Positions 49,523 to 61,576 of a stretch of DNA of 64,000 nt are shown piece by piece. The notes beneath the pieces were generated by a model that saw only the letters and a program-made list of their open reading frames with translations, was not told where the DNA came from and did no database searches. Positions within the stretch are counted from its first letter, which is position 1; each line of letters starts with the position of its first letter. This DNA is from Macrostomum hystrix (taxonomy: Eukaryota > Animalia > Platyhelminthes), in NCBI GenBank assembly GCA_950097015.1, contig CATNEN010000005.1, forward strand, positions 4,154,001 to 4,218,000, in the 5' to 3' direction. Position numbers and translations under genes: made by a program.

Positions 49523-50893
49523 TCATCCGAAGCGGAAACCAAAACCGCCGCCTCGATGAAAAAAATGTGGCCGGTAGAAAAATCTTGGCGGTGGACGATA
49601 GAATGTCACTGGCCGCGGACGATAGAATGTCACTGGCCGCGGACGATAGAATGTCACTGGCCGCGGACGATGGAATGTCACTGGCCGCGGACGATGGAAT
49701 GTCACTGGCCGCGGACGATGGAATGTCACTGGCCGCGGACGATGGAATGTCACTGGCCGCGGACGATGGAATGTCACTGGCCGCGGACGATAGAATGTCG
49801 GACGATAAAATCTGACTGGCTGCGGTCTGCGGATTATAACTGGAGTTGTTCTAGGCCATCTTGGTCGAGGAATTCTCGGCAGACTTGGTCGAGGAATTCT
49901 TGGCAGACTTGGTCGAGGAATTCTCGGCAGTCTTGGTCGAGGAATTTTTGGCAGTCTTGGTCGAGGAATTCTTGGCAGTCTTGGTCGAGGAATTCTTGGC
50001 AGTCTTGGTCGAGGAATTCTTGGCAGTCTTGGTCGAGGAATTTTTGGCAGTCTTGGTCGAGGAATTCTCGGCAGTCTTGGTCGAGAAATTCTCGGCAGTC
50101 TTGGTCGAGGTAGTCTCGGCCGCCTTGGTCGCAAATGTTTCGGGAGTTTTGATCTAGGTCTTCGTCGGTTAGCGGCCCCGAAGGGTGAGGAGCTCCCTAG
50201 AATTTGTTCAAGGGGGCTGATTCCGAAATCGTCTTGCGGACGATCGTCAGATTGTCCTTGAGTGTCATCGTCTGCATTAGATTCGGGCTCTTGGTCTGGC
50301 TGCTGGTTTGGACGATCTGTACTTTCTTCATTTAATGCGCTAGAGTTCTTTGGAAGTTCAACCTCCGAGTTTTGAACCAATGGGCTAGCGGTTGTGACGC
50401 CTTGTTCTGATTCACGTGCGGCATCTTCTTGAGAATCACTGGAAGTTTCTTGGGTTCCAGTGTCACTGGTGCCAGCATCCTGTTGGTCATTACCGACAGG
50501 CTCTTCAGAGTCGTAGGTTCCTCCTTCAGATCGCCTGCGGTTCCTTCTCACCCATCTGGGCCAACGGAAGCGTCTAGACCAAGGCCAGCGCGTCCTTCTC
50601 CACCGTTGCCAAGCGAGCCCGATGGTAGTTCGACTGGGCCTATCAGTTGGGGCCTCTCCGTCTTCGTTTGCAGACTGCAACCTGTCCACTGCTACGTCGC
50701 TCTGCGCGGCAGTTGTCGAATCACCTAGAACAATTCGGTCGCTATCTCCGGCATTGCGAGCCTCCAGTTGGTCGCTGAAGTCTAAATCGGTCAAGGCTTC
50801 AGATGCTGCAGGTATGGCAAAGACGGGCCGGGCCAAGATGCAGCTTAGAAGGGCACCGAAAATCAGGTAGCAAGTAAAGCTACCTGTTCGCAT
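49523..50893 (-). CDS. Secreted precursor 2 (456 aa): signal peptide, Trp/Arg-rich segment, acidic spacer, Pro/Arg-rich (RLPRIPRP)n and (RPRPVTFH/Y)n repeats, Gly/Phe/Arg tail
   Basis: ATG 50893 gives MRTGSFTCYLIFGALLSCILARPVFA; TATAAAA at 51002-50996; single exon; ends FFHRGGGFGFRFG*. Confidence 0.85.
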   Translation of the reverse strand: MRTGSFTCYLIFGALLSCILARPVFAIPAASEALTDLDFSDQLEARNAGDSDRIVLGDSTTAAQSDVAVDRLQSANEDGEAPTDRPSRTTIGLAWQRWRRTRWPWSRRFRWPRWVRRNRRRSEGGTYDSEEPVGNDQQDAGTSDTGTQETSSDSQEDAARESEQGVTTASPLVQNSEVELPKNSSALNEESTDRPNQQPDQEPESNADDDTQGQSDDRPQDDFGISPLEQILGSSSPFGAANRRRPRSKLPKHLRPRRPRLPRPRLPRISRPRLPRIPRPRLPKIPRPRLPRIPRPRLPRIPRPRLPRIPRPRLPKIPRPRLPRIPRPSLPRIPRPSLPRIPRPRWPRTTPVIIRRPQPVRFYRPTFYRPRPVTFHRPRPVTFHRPRPVTFHRPRPVTFHRPRPVTFHRPRPVTFYRPRPVTFYRPRPVTFYRPPPRFFYRPHFFHRGGGFGFRFG

Positions 50894-50995
50894 ATTTGTG
50901 ACGAATTTCAAGAGCGAATGATTTCGAACTCTAGAAGAAAGCAAACTTTCCGTCTGCCAATTCGGCTTGCTTCGGTAGCTGTGCTTTGCACGCAT

Positions 50996-51002
50996 TTTTA
51001 TA
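50996..51002 (-). promoter_or_regulatory. TATA box (TATAAAA) of secreted precursor 2
   Basis: About 100 nt upstream of ATG 50893; overlaps the upstream in-frame ATG, which argues against that start. Confidence 0.55.
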
Positions 51003-51609
51003 GACTTTGGCTTTGCCGCGCTTGTCGAGGTAAATCCAGGAGTTTTACGAGAGTTAAAAAAACTTCCAGAAGGCAATTATTTTTAGCATATATCCGTCCT
51101 CTAAGGCTATATCAAAATGCCTAGCTATTCCCGCCACTGAAACCATAAGTCTATAGCATCAATTCCTTTGTCACTTGTCGTGGGCTAGCATTAACGTTTA
51201 TCTGTACAATTTCAGACAGTGCCATTGTTCACAAGCTAATAAATTGCAAGAGAAGGACCACATGCCCTTGTTAGCCTGCATTGCAATAACAAAGTTTAGT
51301 AGCATCAATTAAATTGTATTTTCTGTCTCGACAGACCCCAAGGTGCAAAATGACAGAAAATCCAGGTTTTGTTTGTACTACTCTGTACTGTATGAGAATT
51401 GCCCTATTATACCGCGATGCGTCTTGCATTAGGTCAACATCAAAGTCAAATGAGTAAGTTTTTTACTTTAAATCTAGGCGTTTTTCACCCAAAAATTGCG
51501 CCTGCTAAGAAATATTTCTTATAAAGAAAGGGCCTTTTGACGCTCAAGCCGTTGAGTGTCGACATGTAGATATTTGTTAATACGCAAAGGAGAGAACAAA
51601 AGAGACAGC

Positions 51610-52080
51610 GGCTCAGCAGCATCTGACGCTCAGGGACGGTACACCGTCAAGAGCCATCAGAGCTCTAGACGGCAGCCTCTCGGCGTAGTGCACGCTTAGT
51701 GCGTAGCGCAGCAGGGACCGGTAGAGCGTGTCGGTCATCGGCACTGCTTCGGGACAGGAGGATCAGTTTCACGGCATCAACACCGTCGACCAGCAGTTGG
51801 ATCGCGGCACAGAAGCGCGTATAGGCATCGTATAGTGTAGTCTCGAAGACATCGGCGCACACGTAGTCCACAACCACAATAAGGAAGCCAGCGTGTCTCC
51901 TTGAAGGACGCCGGAGCTGATGCTAACTCTTCGGTGGAACGGAATGGAGACGATATTAAAGGTGCGCCTTTGAGGGGCCGCACAGGCAGTCGCATCGCCT
52001 CCAAGACTTCAGTGCCTGTGGAGCAGACTGGTACCGATAGCAGGGGCCAACTCAGGCAGATTGAGAACCCTTTGTGGCAG
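51610..52080 (-). pseudogene. Decayed non-LTR (RTE-like) reverse transcriptase fragment
   Basis: Frameshifted RT motif GVLQGDTLA ... VVDYV, and downstream LYRSLLRYALSVHYAERL. Confidence 0.7.
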
Positions 52081-53498
52081 TGAGCACATTGTGATAGTAG
52101 TAATCGACTAGCAGGGAAGATTCTTGAGAAGAATACTGTTCATTTTAGAAGGCCGAGTCTAATATTTCAAATACTACTTTTTATGATTCATTATAGAATA
52201 TATTAAGTGCCAGTCAGTCAGCTGAACGGACGAAAATTAATACCATCTCGTAGGGAGCAACAAACAATTGCAATCTTTAGTTGTGCATAAAATTTTAGGG
52301 GCATGTGGGTCCTGATGCATGCACCGTTTTGTGAGCCAGAAATTTTGCCAATTCATACACAATTTCACCTTTGTGCTCTGTACACCTGCCCTATAAACTC
52401 ACACCTTATAAGAGTAAATTAAATGACACACGGGCGGATTATGCTGATGCAGCTTTTTTGCAGGATTGTGATGCTGAAACAAAAAACTAACAATGAAAAC
52501 AGAGATATGCAATCAAGAGATCAGGATTAAGGAATCAACAAATGGGTAATAAAAATGATTACCTAGACAATTTGAAAATCTGAAATAACTAGGAAAGCTG
52601 AAACATTTTTCAATTTATATTTTACTGAAAAGGCGCATGCAAACGTTTAAATCGTAAAAATGATTATAACTTCCGAATCGAAATAAGTTTTCATGCACTA
52701 GATTCCTGAAAGCATTTAAATAATAAGTTTTTGTTTATGAACGATCATCAGCAAAAAATACACGAAAAAAACAGAACAAATTCACATGTAGACGCTAACG
52801 TACAGCTGATACAGAAACGCAGTGCGCAATTAACTGTTTATTGAGAATAAAATACGAACCCGGCAGTTTATTGTGAGTTAACCTATTCTTAATCACTATT
52901 GGCATTCTAAAAAATACGTTCAAGTAAAAACGTGTCTGGAAAAAAATAGAAAAAGTACCAGAGTATGATAAAGAACAAGAGATTCTACTGCAAATACTAG
53001 TGAGCACGAAATTTGAAAATTTAAGACAAGAAAAGAAGCGAAGGCATTTATTTCTTTTTGTGGTATATTTTTCGTTGAGTTTAAAAAATGTTTCTGATTA
53101 AGACGAACCTACGGCTTAGAGATGTCAGAAAAATATGATTACGAGATGTTGAGTTGAAGTGTAACTAAGTTTCTGAAACGAACAAGCTTCTATAAATTTA
53201 GTCATCTTTCTTAGGATTGCCAACTTGAGTAGTAACGATGAGTAACGATGCGATGTTTCTACTGCTGTACTCAGCAACAGCTCAGAATATACTATTATTG
53301 AGTGTGAAAATGACAAAAAACGGTATAATTATTAGAAAATCATGGTTTATTAAATAAAAGAGTGCCTGATGTAGAAAATAAACGTCAGAGAAAAAAAGAA
53401 ATTCGATGGCGAACTTTTTTTAATCTGCTTTTATTAGTAACGCTGTTAGTTGCTTAGCTAGACTGGCGCACCATTTTCTCTTGTCTAAGAATTCTATC

Positions 53499-56400
53499 TC
53501 AGACACTCTGGTAGCCCTGACCAGCGGCTGATCTGCGCCGGCTGATGAGATAGGCCAGCAGGACAATCACAACCAGGCCAGCTAGTGAAGCGCCAACCAC
53601 AATTGGTACAATGTTATCAACGTGGCCGTGTTTCTGGTCGCATTTCGTCTCACTGCCAGTAAACAAGCTTGTGGAATTATCAACTCGAAAGGCCTGCAGA
53701 CGCAAGTCCGAAGCCGTCAGGACGATGACGAGCTTTTCAGATGTGCCTGGCACAACCGGACCGTCCAGTTTCGCGGACACACTCTGACAAGAGTAATAAC
53801 CCTTGCTAGGAATGTCTGCAACGACGCTGTTGTCATTAACAGCGAACAACTGTTTACCGACGTTTGATGCACCAGGAAATACAGTCGAATCATTCAGATT
53901 GTAGCTTAGTAGAACACCAGTGAGGCCGTACGGTCCGTCGGCTGTGCTGCGGTTTAGTTTAAAGGTGAGTTTCCAGTTTTTGAAAAATGTCACAGTCAGA
54001 TTCTGGCGCGTAGCGTATGACTTGTCATTCTTGCTTCGTCGCTCGTCACCACAAAAGCCGCTAACACTAAAGACCTCAGGCACGTAAATTTTTGACTGGC
54101 TAACTCGACCAGGTCGCATGTAGGGAATGTCGAGCTGTAGACGCGACTGGATGCGTAGGCAAGGCTGATGAGTCACTGTGCTCAAAACTGTTAGATTGAG
54201 GAGATTCGGCTGACTTGGTGGCGCACTGAAATGTAGAGAATATAGTCCTATAGGAATCTTATATCAATATTAATTACTCGACCTTCTTGTGCGCTGACTT
54301 GGACAATCAATCTAACGCGTTTGCCTCTAACACAAGGATGCCTAAGAGATCCATTAGCGAGGCAACTATAAATTTAGGATATTAGTCTTCAGATATGAGT
54401 ACTAAATGAGTCAACTGGCACAGGAAGTTAATTTAATTTTAATTTAATTAGAGGATCACAACTCATGAATTGAAGCGTTAAGGGACTTTATAAAAAGTTT
54501 AACGGGAGTTACTACACCAACTTTAACCGCATCTCGAAACACTGATTAAGTTATTGTTCGCATTCGCACTGCCATCAAACATCCACATGTTCCTCCCTAG
54601 GTCTTTCTAGATTTTTCTGCAGTTAGCTGTCTCGCTGCTAGCTGTAACGTACATTGCGCGTACGTACGCATACACTTGTCTGCCCTAGTACCGTTAGTAT
54701 TTTCGCTTCAATTTAGTATTTACTAAGCTTAGAGACAATTATTATTGTACAATTCTACAAGGTTTCTCCAGTTCCAGTATACTCACAAACTGGTTAAAAC
54801 TGGACTGAAATACGTTACACAGATTAAGACTCAATCTAGATTACAAAAACTAAATCTAGCAATAATTGCGAACGCTTAAGCGCCTATCAAAATTGTGACA
54901 AATTGGCAATGTTGTTTAAGTAAAATTGTCAGCCTAAATGCATGAATCAGTCATATACACAGAGATAAACGGAGCAACTATTGCTAATTGATGCGTTCAG
55001 TGCTAGCCAGTTCAAAACACACAAAACACGAAACATTTGCAGAATTTATTAATACATTTAACAAAACCCAATATCCTTATGAATAGGACCAGAAAATACC
55101 AAGCTATCTAGATCTTCTAGATCTACACTTAATGACAAACTGTTTTGACAGTCAACGCAATACCCAAGTCAGCCCGAGATATGGAAAGCTAGTTCAGCTA
55201 CCTACACGGTGTGATTCCCTCTCTAGGGCTGCGTACATCGCTTGCACAGTTTGGCTGTGTGCCCCTCTTACCCAACCATGTATATTATCATACAGTAGCA
55301 AACCTTTAACAAGTTGCTAGCAAATCTGCTTACTAAAAAATCTTTCTGGCTTTGAATTTGTAATATGCCGAAGTTTGCCAAGAATGCTGCGCATTTCCGG
55401 CAAATAATTTATCTCTAGACTGATTCGCAAACTACCCGACTCTCAGACCATCGGATAGAATAAATTTGCATCCTTGGCGAGCGAATACAAAATTCTATAA
55501 TTGGTAAGCTTCGGATAACACACACTTTGATTAGAGTTTGTAGATCGAAAATTTATGGTCATGAAGAGCAAGTTAATTATATTTATTGAAAAATTGTGGC
55601 TTGAAATACACATCTCACCTTGTTGTGACAGGCGTGATTGTGGTTGTCGTTTGATCCTGAGGACAATGTGCCACTTTATCGCTCAGCGTTCCATTAGTTA
55701 AGTTGAAAGCCTGTTTATGAAAGAATAGTTAAACTTCAAAAAACTACCAAAATTAACTAGATACACACTACAATTATCTACATTAACACAAAGCAATATT
55801 ATGTAGTTACCTGAATGACCAAGCCTTTGCGCAATGTCATCTTGGCATAGGGGAAGAGTGTTCGGTTTCTAGCAGCTAATGGCAAGTCAATAGGTGATTG
55901 ACACTCAAATCGTTCAATGTTGCTAGATAGTGACAAGTTGAGTTTTTCAATAGCAAAAGTGACTTGACCAGTGTAAAGCGGATTTTTAAACTGTGTACTA
56001 TTGACAATGTTTACAGTGAGACTCATGTTGGACATAACCACTTGACCAGTTGGTAGGCTGACAAAACGAATTCCAACAATGGATCTAGTAACATTTATCC
56101 AAATCTCTGACCAAACACGATTAGGGACTTTGGCAGCACAGGTTCCTTTGATGCTGGTTGAACTTGGCTTTCCAAGTGTCCATGTGGTGGTCACCTGAGA
56201 CAAATATTTATCGATTGGTTTTAATGAATTTAAATTAGTAAAATGAATGTAGAGGCAACCATTTCGTGCTTAAATATAAGTTATATATGTGCTTTATTAT
56301 TAAGTAATTTTAATCATATAACAGTAGAGCTAGTCACACTTACATTTTTGTTTGATGTGTTGAGAAATTTAATTTGCACACTCAGTGTTGTGTTCAACAC

Positions 56401-58563
56401 GATACATGTCACACCATCCTGTTTTAGTTCGTAGACTGCAGCTTGACACAGTTCACTGATGCCTGTCGAAAATAGGTTAGTTGTAAAAAATATTTTATAA
56501 AATTTTTTAATCAATAGGGGGCCTAAAAGATGGTTGGCAAATAAATTTATAGCATATGTAGATCACAGAATACTAAAACTACAAGTATTTTAAGATCTTT
56601 TATAAATTATTCTGTGGTTTATAGTGCTAAATAATGTAGGAAACACTTTAGCAAGTGCCTTTAATTATATATTCATTGAAGCCAAAACACTAACAAATAT
56701 ATGGCAAACATAGTTAGCTAGCTATTTTTATTTAGTTAAATGTATGTTTTGCTCACAGACTCATCAAAATTTGGCAAGACTAAGAGTAATATCTAATTGA
56801 AGTTCATTTCACATATAAGCAGTAGTTCAAATAACAAGTTTAATACTCTGATTTACAAAATAAACACAGCTAGCTAGGTGGATACATATATATACTCGTA
56901 TATATAGAGAGAGAAATATAATATATAATGCATGTTTCCCTGATACATTCAGATTTATATTCAAAATATAACAAACTCTCTGGCTCTGTACTACCAATTC
57001 AATTGACACTTTAAAGCCTTTGAACAGCAAGTGAGTTATCATACATATGATGGGACACATGTATATTAACAATCATCCTTTGTTACCATATCATATGTTG
57101 GCAAAGTGAAATTACAGTAAAAGGGACAGTGCTCTAAAGTTTTTGCTGATAGACTACCAATAGAGCCCTAAGTATTTTGTCTTCTAAAGTGAAAGACTGC
57201 ACGCTGGACACATCTAAATGTCAGACTTTATACAAGTGCAAACTAAAGTGTCAATTTCACACCAATCAAAAACTTAATTGCCACTCAAATATAACAAAAA
57301 TCTGCATATTTAATTCTATTCCACAGTGAATCCCATTGAAAATGTCACAAAAAATTGCTTGTTTCTTTTGACTCACCAACAAAGTGGTAATGTCTTGCAT
57401 GTCATAGTGGTTGAGGGTGTCAGGGATAATTGGGATGCTAACAAAAAAGTGTTTTTCTAGATCTGTATTAATAAATAAATAACTACCAAAAAGATAATCA
57501 AGCCTGCTAAATCATTTCTCAATCAGTGCCATTTAAATGCTACAAATGTTTGTTAAGTTTCATGCAGTGAAAAGGGCTCCATTATGAATATAATTATTAA
57601 TGTGAAAATCTAAGAACACATGAATGAATTAAAGAAAAATGTGAGCATAGTTCAAGCATGAACAACTTTTGAATTGTAAGATTTATTGGCACAAAAATTT
57701 ATCTGCATTGATAACTTGCTTGCTGTTCAAAGGATGTAAAATTTCAATTGATTTGGCTGAAACACAGAGACAGTGTCTGTGTTTCAGAATGTTGATAATT
57801 TCTAATGTAATTTTTAATATTTATATATTGGATTTATAATAGTGTTATCATGTAACATATGTATGCTAGGCACCAAAAGCCCCTTAGAAAATCACTTCTT
57901 TTATGTTAACATGAATGTCAAAATTCTTAAATGTGCACCCTAGAAATTTCATGGGTATACAATATACATGCCTTTTTCAAAACTATAGACATTGGCCCCT
58001 TTAGTGCATGGTACCCTGCCCCATAAGCTGTTTTTGATGAGCCCCTTTAAAAATGGATCCACCATAGAAAAAATGTTCACTGCTAAAAGCACAAACATAT
58101 TAATTTCTACTTTTTTGTTACTGAAGTCTGTTACAAAAGTGCTAATGACATGTTAAATTTGTTATTAATATCAGAGTGGCTTTTCTTAAAGTAGACTTCA
58201 ACAAACAAATATAGTTAAAATTCCAATATCAATACATAGAATTTGTTATAAGATTTGCAATTTATTATTATTACTTGTTTTATAGCTACTAATGACATTG
58301 GCATCAGATAATAACCTAATGTCCTAACTACAACTGTGTAGGCCTACTGCTCTAGCTTTTTAATTATTTTTTCTGCAACTTCAGCTTAAATGCTGTAAAA
58401 AGCATGAGTATGAAATACGATCAAATACTTTGCATAGCTATTAGTAAAAAAATGGGTGCACGACGCACATTATACACATAAGGCCAAGGGTAAGGATCTT
58501 GAAAACGTACTCACCACATATTAAGAAAAGCAAAGCGACGATGATATTATTTTTTCCTTTCAT
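53499..58563 (-). CDS. lamp1: Lysosome-associated membrane glycoprotein (two LAMP domains, Thr/Pro hinge, TM, GYQSV tail), ~456 aa
   Basis: Exons 58563-58515, 56462-56344, 56194-55811, 55710-55619 and 54225-53499; phases 1,0,0,2; 1371 nt in frame. Signal peptide MKGKNNIIVALLFLICGISELCQA; many N-x-S/T sites; IVPIVVGASLAGLVVIVLLAYLI-RRR; terminal GYxxV lysosomal sorting motif. Confidence 0.92.
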
Positions 58564-59943
58564 TTTACGGAGTTCTATCTAATAATAAATTTTCAACTTA
58601 TAATTAATTTTGCAGTTACTAGACGTAGAAATCTCGTAGGAACAAAATATTTACATCAGTCTTTTCTAACAAACATGATGTTTTAAATTGCTGCTAAAAC
58701 ATATATAAATTAAAACACAGCACTTATAGCACATCAATGATATATTTAAGTTAGGTATAAAAGCACTTGACTGTAAAAAAAGTAATTTTTATTAGGCTAA
58801 AATTAGGCTAAAGCATCGAGACAAAGTACGTTCATTTATTCTAACAGCTGTAAAAAGAATGAGTAGATTTTACAATAGTGATTGCAGTTACTATTCAAGA
58901 ATTAAAGAACAAGGAACACTAGGAGTAGAAGGATTAGAAGCTGTGTTTCTCAGAAAAAGAAACCGTCAATTCATAATTAATGAATTAAAAACTCCTAGTG
59001 ATCCTTGTTAAAGAATTGCGATTCTTTGCATTTGGTTTTCAGGTTGCAGCTGAGCTGATGTATAAAAATGTTTGGGTCAATTATAGAGTGGTGCAGCAAA
59101 TAAAAACTACTATTAAAGCCATTTTCACATCTTTGACCCTAAAGTCAGTCTGAACCATTAATGGTTATAATCTCGACTTGCGTCATGTCTGCACCAGTTG
59201 GCGACAATTGATGCTTCGCGTAGCGCATGGCTTGCTTGACATAGTTTCAACCACTCCAAAGAAGTTGCCAAGAGCAGGATTGCAACAGTACGCTCGTGCA
59301 CATGTAAAAAACGACAAGAAAAGTCAATAACATTAACTAAAACAGTTTAAATTAAGAGTAACTAACGACGTTTCTATCTTCGATATTTTAGCATACTTTC
59401 GCATATACAATACAATATATTTGAATGATAAGAAAAAAACGAAAAAATGCAAATTCAAACGGAAACTCAATTTGAGAACATGCTGAAACGAAGAAACTGC
59501 ATTTAAATACAAAGCAAAACTAGAAAATCTGGAATCTTCATTTTTGTCTTTTTAATGGTTTTACAGATTCGGAAGTTCAGCACTTTCTATAAACACGTAT
59601 ACTTAACGTGATAATGAACAGTGAACAAATCTACCTGTAGAAGTACTAAAAGTTGCTTGCAGTCTTCTAGGGGTCAAAAAGATTCTTAAGACTGTTTGAA
59701 GTATTTTTAACTTTTAGCTTAGCGCTGAGTATTCTATGCATTAGAATCTTTAGCTTTAACATAAGAAAGTCTTCGATTACGCAATATATAAGGCATCTCA
59801 GATCAGAAAGAAAATGAATATATCAAACTTATGCATAAAACACGATTATGGTAACATTATTATTATATTTTTTAACTGTCTAATGATATTTGTATTAACA
59901 ATTAGCGAAACAGATTTGAAAGCACAGTTTAACAGTAGAACTA

Positions 59944-60505
59944 CCAAGGGGGGATTTTCCCCACCCCCTGACAATTTCTTTTGCTGCACCCGAACGGAAC
60001 AATGCAAGCACACGAAACTCAAGAACACGGGACAACTTTTTGTTGCGCATCTTCTGAAAAAAGAAAGAAGTCGCCGGCTCTTCAGACCGGCGAGATATTC
60101 AATGTTTCTGGCCGAAGGTCCGATTTTTCCTGTAAGAGCTAGTGCATTTCATACACCCCTATACACGAATTTGCACTGCGCCTCAGTGCGGCCTTTCCAG
60201 ACCTTCAAACTTTATCAGCATGTCACCCGAATGTGCCTGCATCATCTCCGACTTCGGCGGTCACCGACCTTTATCTAGATCTATCTCTCTTATCTATCTA
60301 GACCTTCAAGAGCTACAACAGGTGGAACTAGGCCACTATGGACACCCTGACGCGAATTTCTCCAATTTCACTGTTCAAGCCTAACTATTAGGCGCAGCTC
60401 AACCACAGGACACCCTCGACTAGTCTGTCAACCAATCAGTCACCCCCAAAGCATTCAGGCGCTGGCAAAAACATTTTCAGGGGGGGGGAATTTCCCACCC
60501 CTTGG
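59944..60505. mobile_element. MITE-like element with imperfect G/C-rich TIRs and TA flanks
   Basis: Left ta|CCAAGGGGGGATTTTCCCCACCCCCTGACAAT; right end reverse complement CCAAGGGGTGGGAAATTCCCCCCCCCTGAAAAT, followed by |ta. Confidence 0.55.
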
Positions 60506-60577
60506 TATAAAAATTGGCGGCAAAATGGCTTGGTAGTCCTACTGTTAAACAAGTGGACTGAGAAGACTGCGAGTGTA

Positions 60578-61576
60578 CTAGTCAATTTTAGAAGCCCCTT
60601 TAACGCCCCGTAGGTTCAGGAGATAGATCAGATCGTTGATGCTATCATCCGTTTCTTCGTCTAAACCAGCGGACGTAGATTCTGGCAGCGAAGCAGGCGA
60701 AGCCTGCCGTCTCACCCGACGCTGCTGCCAATTCGACGAAGTTGTCAGCTGAGCCTCGGCTTCGTTTTTGTTAACTGGACGCCAATAGTGCGGCGATCTA
60801 CCAGGATCTAGACGCTGATTAACTAATAGGCGACATCCGTCTGAGGCCAGCGCCAGTGCTACCCTAGCAATATTGTCGGCGTCGTCTAGACCGCAGTGCG
60901 GCCGGCCCTCGAATGTTAGGCCTAGAGCTGCCAGCATACCCGACAGGTTGAGCTTCTTTTCAAAGCCATAGTGCCGCTGGAATGTGATACGCAAATTAAT
61001 CCAATGCCGAGCCCACACTGGCACAGGCAGACTGTCAATGGAGCACTGAAGCCGAAGAAATGTGGCCACATCTGCCTGACAATCTGTGGCTAGTGCCAAT
61101 GGATGTTTCAAAGCGCCAGAGTGCTGAAGCCAGGCCTCGACTGCGGCTAAAGCGGCTGGAAATCTCGGGGCCGAGTCTACAATCTCTTGCTCGATGCCGG
61201 TGAATTTTCGACAGAAATCAGACAGTTTCGGATGCAACTTCGGCCTGCAGTAGGTGTGAAACTTGTCAATCACTGCACTGGCTTGTAGATCAATCAGTAC
61301 CAAAGGAAATTCGATAATTTCGTGTTGATAACCGTCTGGATTGTGACTTTCGCATGTGGCTTCAAAATCTAAAACTAACAGATATCGATAGGCCTGATGA
61401 ATAGATTGTTGGGTTTGATAGCGCAATCGGCGACGCAGAATTTCTGCACTGCCTCGACAATCTAATCCAGCACGTGTAGCTGCATCACGCAGCTCTCGCA
61501 ACTTGCGCTCCAAGTCTGTTTCAGTTTGTGAAGAATTGGCAACATCAGCTGTCTTAGTCGCTGTCTGATTGCTCAT
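60578..61576 (-). CDS. eri1: 3'-5' exoribonuclease ERI1/3'hExo-like (SAP domain plus DEDDh nuclease), 332 aa, single coding exon
   Basis: SAP-like LRELRDAATRAGLDCRGSAEILRRRL; VLDFEATC, EIIEFP, FHTYCRP..HPKLSDFC, EGRPHCGLDDADNIAR. ATG taken at 61576. Confidence 0.92.
   Translation of the reverse strand: MSNQTATKTADVANSSQTETDLERKLRELRDAATRAGLDCRGSAEILRRRLRYQTQQSIHQAYRYLLVLDFEATCESHNPDGYQHEIIEFPLVLIDLQASAVIDKFHTYCRPKLHPKLSDFCRKFTGIEQEIVDSAPRFPAALAAVEAWLQHSGALKHPLALATDCQADVATFLRLQCSIDSLPVPVWARHWINLRITFQRHYGFEKKLNLSGMLAALGLTFEGRPHCGLDDADNIARVALALASDGCRLLVNQRLDPGRSPHYWRPVNKNEAEAQLTTSSNWQQRRVRRQASPASLPESTSAGLDEETDDSINDLIYLLNLRGVKGASKID

Noticed and set aside
50894-51076. N-terminal extension of the 517-aa ORF
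   Set aside because: It starts at a non-ATG codon, its internal ATG overlaps the TATA box, and the signal peptide begins at ATG 50893.
35370-54175. Other CTGATGAG occurrences as hammerheads (~35375, ~53545, ~54165)
   Set aside because: They have no downstream stem II-GAAA-stem III-UH, and they lie within coding exons.
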